A stretch of 64,000 bases of DNA from Candidatus Omnitrophota bacterium (GTDB lineage Bacteria; Omnitrophota; Gorgyraeia; Gygaellales; Profunditerraquicolaceae). The DNA is taken from assembly GCA_049517335.1 (NCBI GenBank), contig JBEKSD010000004.1, positions 1 to 64,000 on the forward strand, given 5' to 3'. The notes under the pieces are model-generated. The model ran no database searches. It had not been told where the DNA came from and was given only the letters and a program-made list of their open reading frames with translations. Shown here piece by piece: positions 62,300 through 64,000 of this stretch. The position numbers were made by a program, and so were the translations under genes. Within the stretch, counting starts at the first letter, position 1, and the number at the start of each line of letters is the position of its first letter.

Positions 62300-62341
62300 T
62301 AAAAAAGGGGACGGGCTCCATGGAGCCCGTCCCCTTTTTTA
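62300..62341. terminator. 42-bp perfect palindrome, probable bidirectional intrinsic terminator
   Basis: TAAAAAAGGGGACGGGCTCCA|TGGAGCCCGTCCCCTTTTTTA. Confidence 0.85.
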
Positions 62342-62348
62342 AGATTCG

Positions 62349-62357
62349 TGGTATAAT
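62349..62357 (+). promoter_or_regulatory. Extended -10 promoter of mnmG
   Basis: TGGTATAAT ends 6 nt before the ATG. Confidence 0.6.
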
Positions 62358-62363
62358 CATTTT

Positions 62364-64000
62364 ATGAATAAATTTGATCTTATAGTCGTAGGTGCTGGCC
62401 ATTCAGGGATTGAAGCGGCATGCGCAGCAGCTAATATGGGCCTTAAAACGCTCATCTTTACTTTAAAGGCGGATACAGTTGGAGCAATGAGCTGTAATCC
62501 GGCTATCGGAGGAGTAGGCAAGGGCCAGCTGGTCAAAGAGATAGACGCCCTCGGCGGGCAAATGGGTAAGGCTGCGGATATCTGCGGCATCCAGTTCAGG
62601 GTGTTGAATGCTTCAAAGGGCCCGGCAGTGCAGTCATCCCGCGCGCAGATTGACATGTATGAATACAACCGTTATATGTGCGATATACTCAGAAAAACCC
62701 CAAATTTATTGCTTAAAGAAGGAGAAGTTAAGGAGCTTATTGTTGAAAATGGCAAAGTGAGGGGGATAATTAGCGATAAGAAAGACGAAATAATCGCGGA
62801 AGCGGTAATTATCTGCACCGGGACATTTTTGGATGGTTTAATCCATATAGGTTTAAAGCATTTTAGCGGCGGAAGGATTAATGAGCGCTCATCGATTGGC
62901 TTAGGTAAGCAGTTAAACAGATTAGGTTTTAATATTCTGCGTTTTAAAACTGGAACCTGTCCCCGTCTTGATAAGAATACAATTGATTTTTCAAAACTTA
63001 TTGTGCAAAACGGAGATGATCCGACGCGTCCGTTCTCATTCTCTAGCGAAAGAATCACGCAAACGCAAATCCCCTGCCATATTACTTATACGAACCCTAA
63101 AACTCACAAAATCATCCGTGATAATTTAGACCGTTCTCCTTTATATACAGGAAAAATTAAAGCAACCGGGGTGCGCTATTGCCCTTCTATTGAGGATAAA
63201 ATCATAAAATTCGCGGGCAAAGAAAGGCATCAGGTTTTTTTAGAACCGCAGGGAAGGAATACGGATGAAATTTACCCTAACGGTATCTCTACCAGTCTGC
63301 CTGAAGATGTCCAGCTTGAGCTGATTCATTCTATAGACGGCCTGCAAGAGGCAAAAGTAATCCGCTTCGGATACGGAATTGAACATACAGTAATAGATTC
63401 AACCCAGCTTTACCCGACTTTAGAATCAAAATTGATAAAAAACCTATACCTTGCCGGTCAAATCAACGGGACAACCGGATATGAAGAAGCCGCCTGTCAG
63501 GGCCTGGTTGCCGGGATTAACGCCAGCTTACGGTTTAAGAATAAGGAGCCTTTGGTTTTAGACCGCGCATCGGGTTATATCGGAGTCCTCATTGATGACC
63601 TGACCACTAAAGGGACTAACGAGCCTTATCGTATGTTTACATCGCGCGTTGAATACCGTTTGATTCTGCGGGAGGATAACGCGGATTTGCGTTTGAGAAA
63701 GACAGGGTATGAATTAGGCTTGGTTACGAAAAAAGAATATGAACGCACGCTTACTAAGATAAAAGCGATAGGAGAAGGGATTGAATATTTGAAAAATACC
63801 CGAGTAAAACCCTCAAAAGAAGTGAATGCCATGCTCACAAAAAATAATACACCTGCCTTAAAGAGGACAGCAACTTTAGAGCAACTGTTAAAAAGGCCGC
63901 AGGTAACTTTAAATGATATTAAAAGCCTTAAAGAAACGAAACTGGATATTCCAGATTCTGCTTCTTTACAGGTAGAAATAGAGGTAAAATACAAAGGCTT
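62364..64000 (+). CDS. mnmG: tRNA uridine-5-carboxymethylaminomethyl modification enzyme MnmG (GidA), 3'-truncated by the window
   Basis: Translated by hand: MNKFDLIVVGAGHSGIEAA...MSCNPAIGGVGKGQLVKEIDALGG...RYCPSIEDK...AGQINGTTGYEEAA.QG; absent from the ORF track because there is no stop in the window. Confidence 0.96.
   Translation, partial: MNKFDLIVVGAGHSGIEAACAAANMGLKTLIFTLKADTVGAMSCNPAIGGVGKGQLVKEIDALGGQMGKAADICGIQFRVLNASKGPAVQSSRAQIDMYEYNRYMCDILRKTPNLLLKEGEVKELIVENGKVRGIISDKKDEIIAEAVIICTGTFLDGLIHIGLKHFSGGRINERSSIGLGKQLNRLGFNILRFKTGTCPRLDKNTIDFSKLIVQNGDDPTRPFSFSSERITQTQIPCHITYTNPKTHKIIRDNLDRSPLYTGKIKATGVRYCPSIEDKIIKFAGKERHQVFLEPQGRNTDEIYPNGISTSLPEDVQLELIHSIDGLQEAKVIRFGYGIEHTVIDSTQLYPTLESKLIKNLYLAGQINGTTGYEEAACQGLVAGINASLRFKNKEPLVLDRASGYIGVLIDDLTTKGTNEPYRMFTSRVEYRLILREDNADLRLRKTGYELGLVTKKEYERTLTKIKAIGEGIEYLKNTRVKPSKEVNAMLTKNNTPALKRTATLEQLLKRPQVTLNDIKSLKETKLDIPDSASLQVEIEVKYKG

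Noticed and set aside
62357-63994. Minus-strand ORFs 62357-62668, 62672-63058 and 63626-63994
   Set aside because: They are antisense shadows of mnmG on the + strand.
1-64000. tRNA, rRNA or riboswitch (for example cobalamin upstream of nrdJ)
   Set aside because: Intergenic gaps are short and AT-rich, and none shows the expected conserved sequence or structure by eye.

Overview
All substantial genes are on the + strand. Positions 1-42797 are one giant ORF of at least 14,258 aa. The frame is open to the window edge and starts inside a glycosyltransferase domain, so the gene is probably longer. It reads as a polyprotein of enzyme and regulatory domains: two GT4 glycosyltransferases, RNHCP, several kinase-like domains, UPF0489-like, three SAM methyltransferases, tandem CsrA-like modules, an essentially complete GlnD, a geranylgeranyl-reductase-like flavoprotein, a nucleotidyltransferase, GNAT, Mpv17-like, 3x FHA, Fic and an RsbT/RsbW-like HATPase. 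These are separated by recurring scaffold elements: repeated transmembrane cassettes, (A/V)SSP boundary motifs, RAPP + HExxH/HExxE metallopeptidase-like modules and CPBP-like protease motifs. Downstream lie a tandem PilZ gene, a carbohydrate cluster (ABC binding protein, 2 permeases, GPH-type MFS, two clan GH-A hydrolases, a tandem CBM-like protein, a TPR protein, ROK and LacI regulators), class II ribonucleotide reductase nrdJ with tandem NrdR boxes, apgM, and a 3'-truncated mnmG missing from the ORF track. The layout suggests Candidatus Omnitrophota (inference only). Domain calls come from motif recognition by eye, with no database search, and domain boundaries are approximate.
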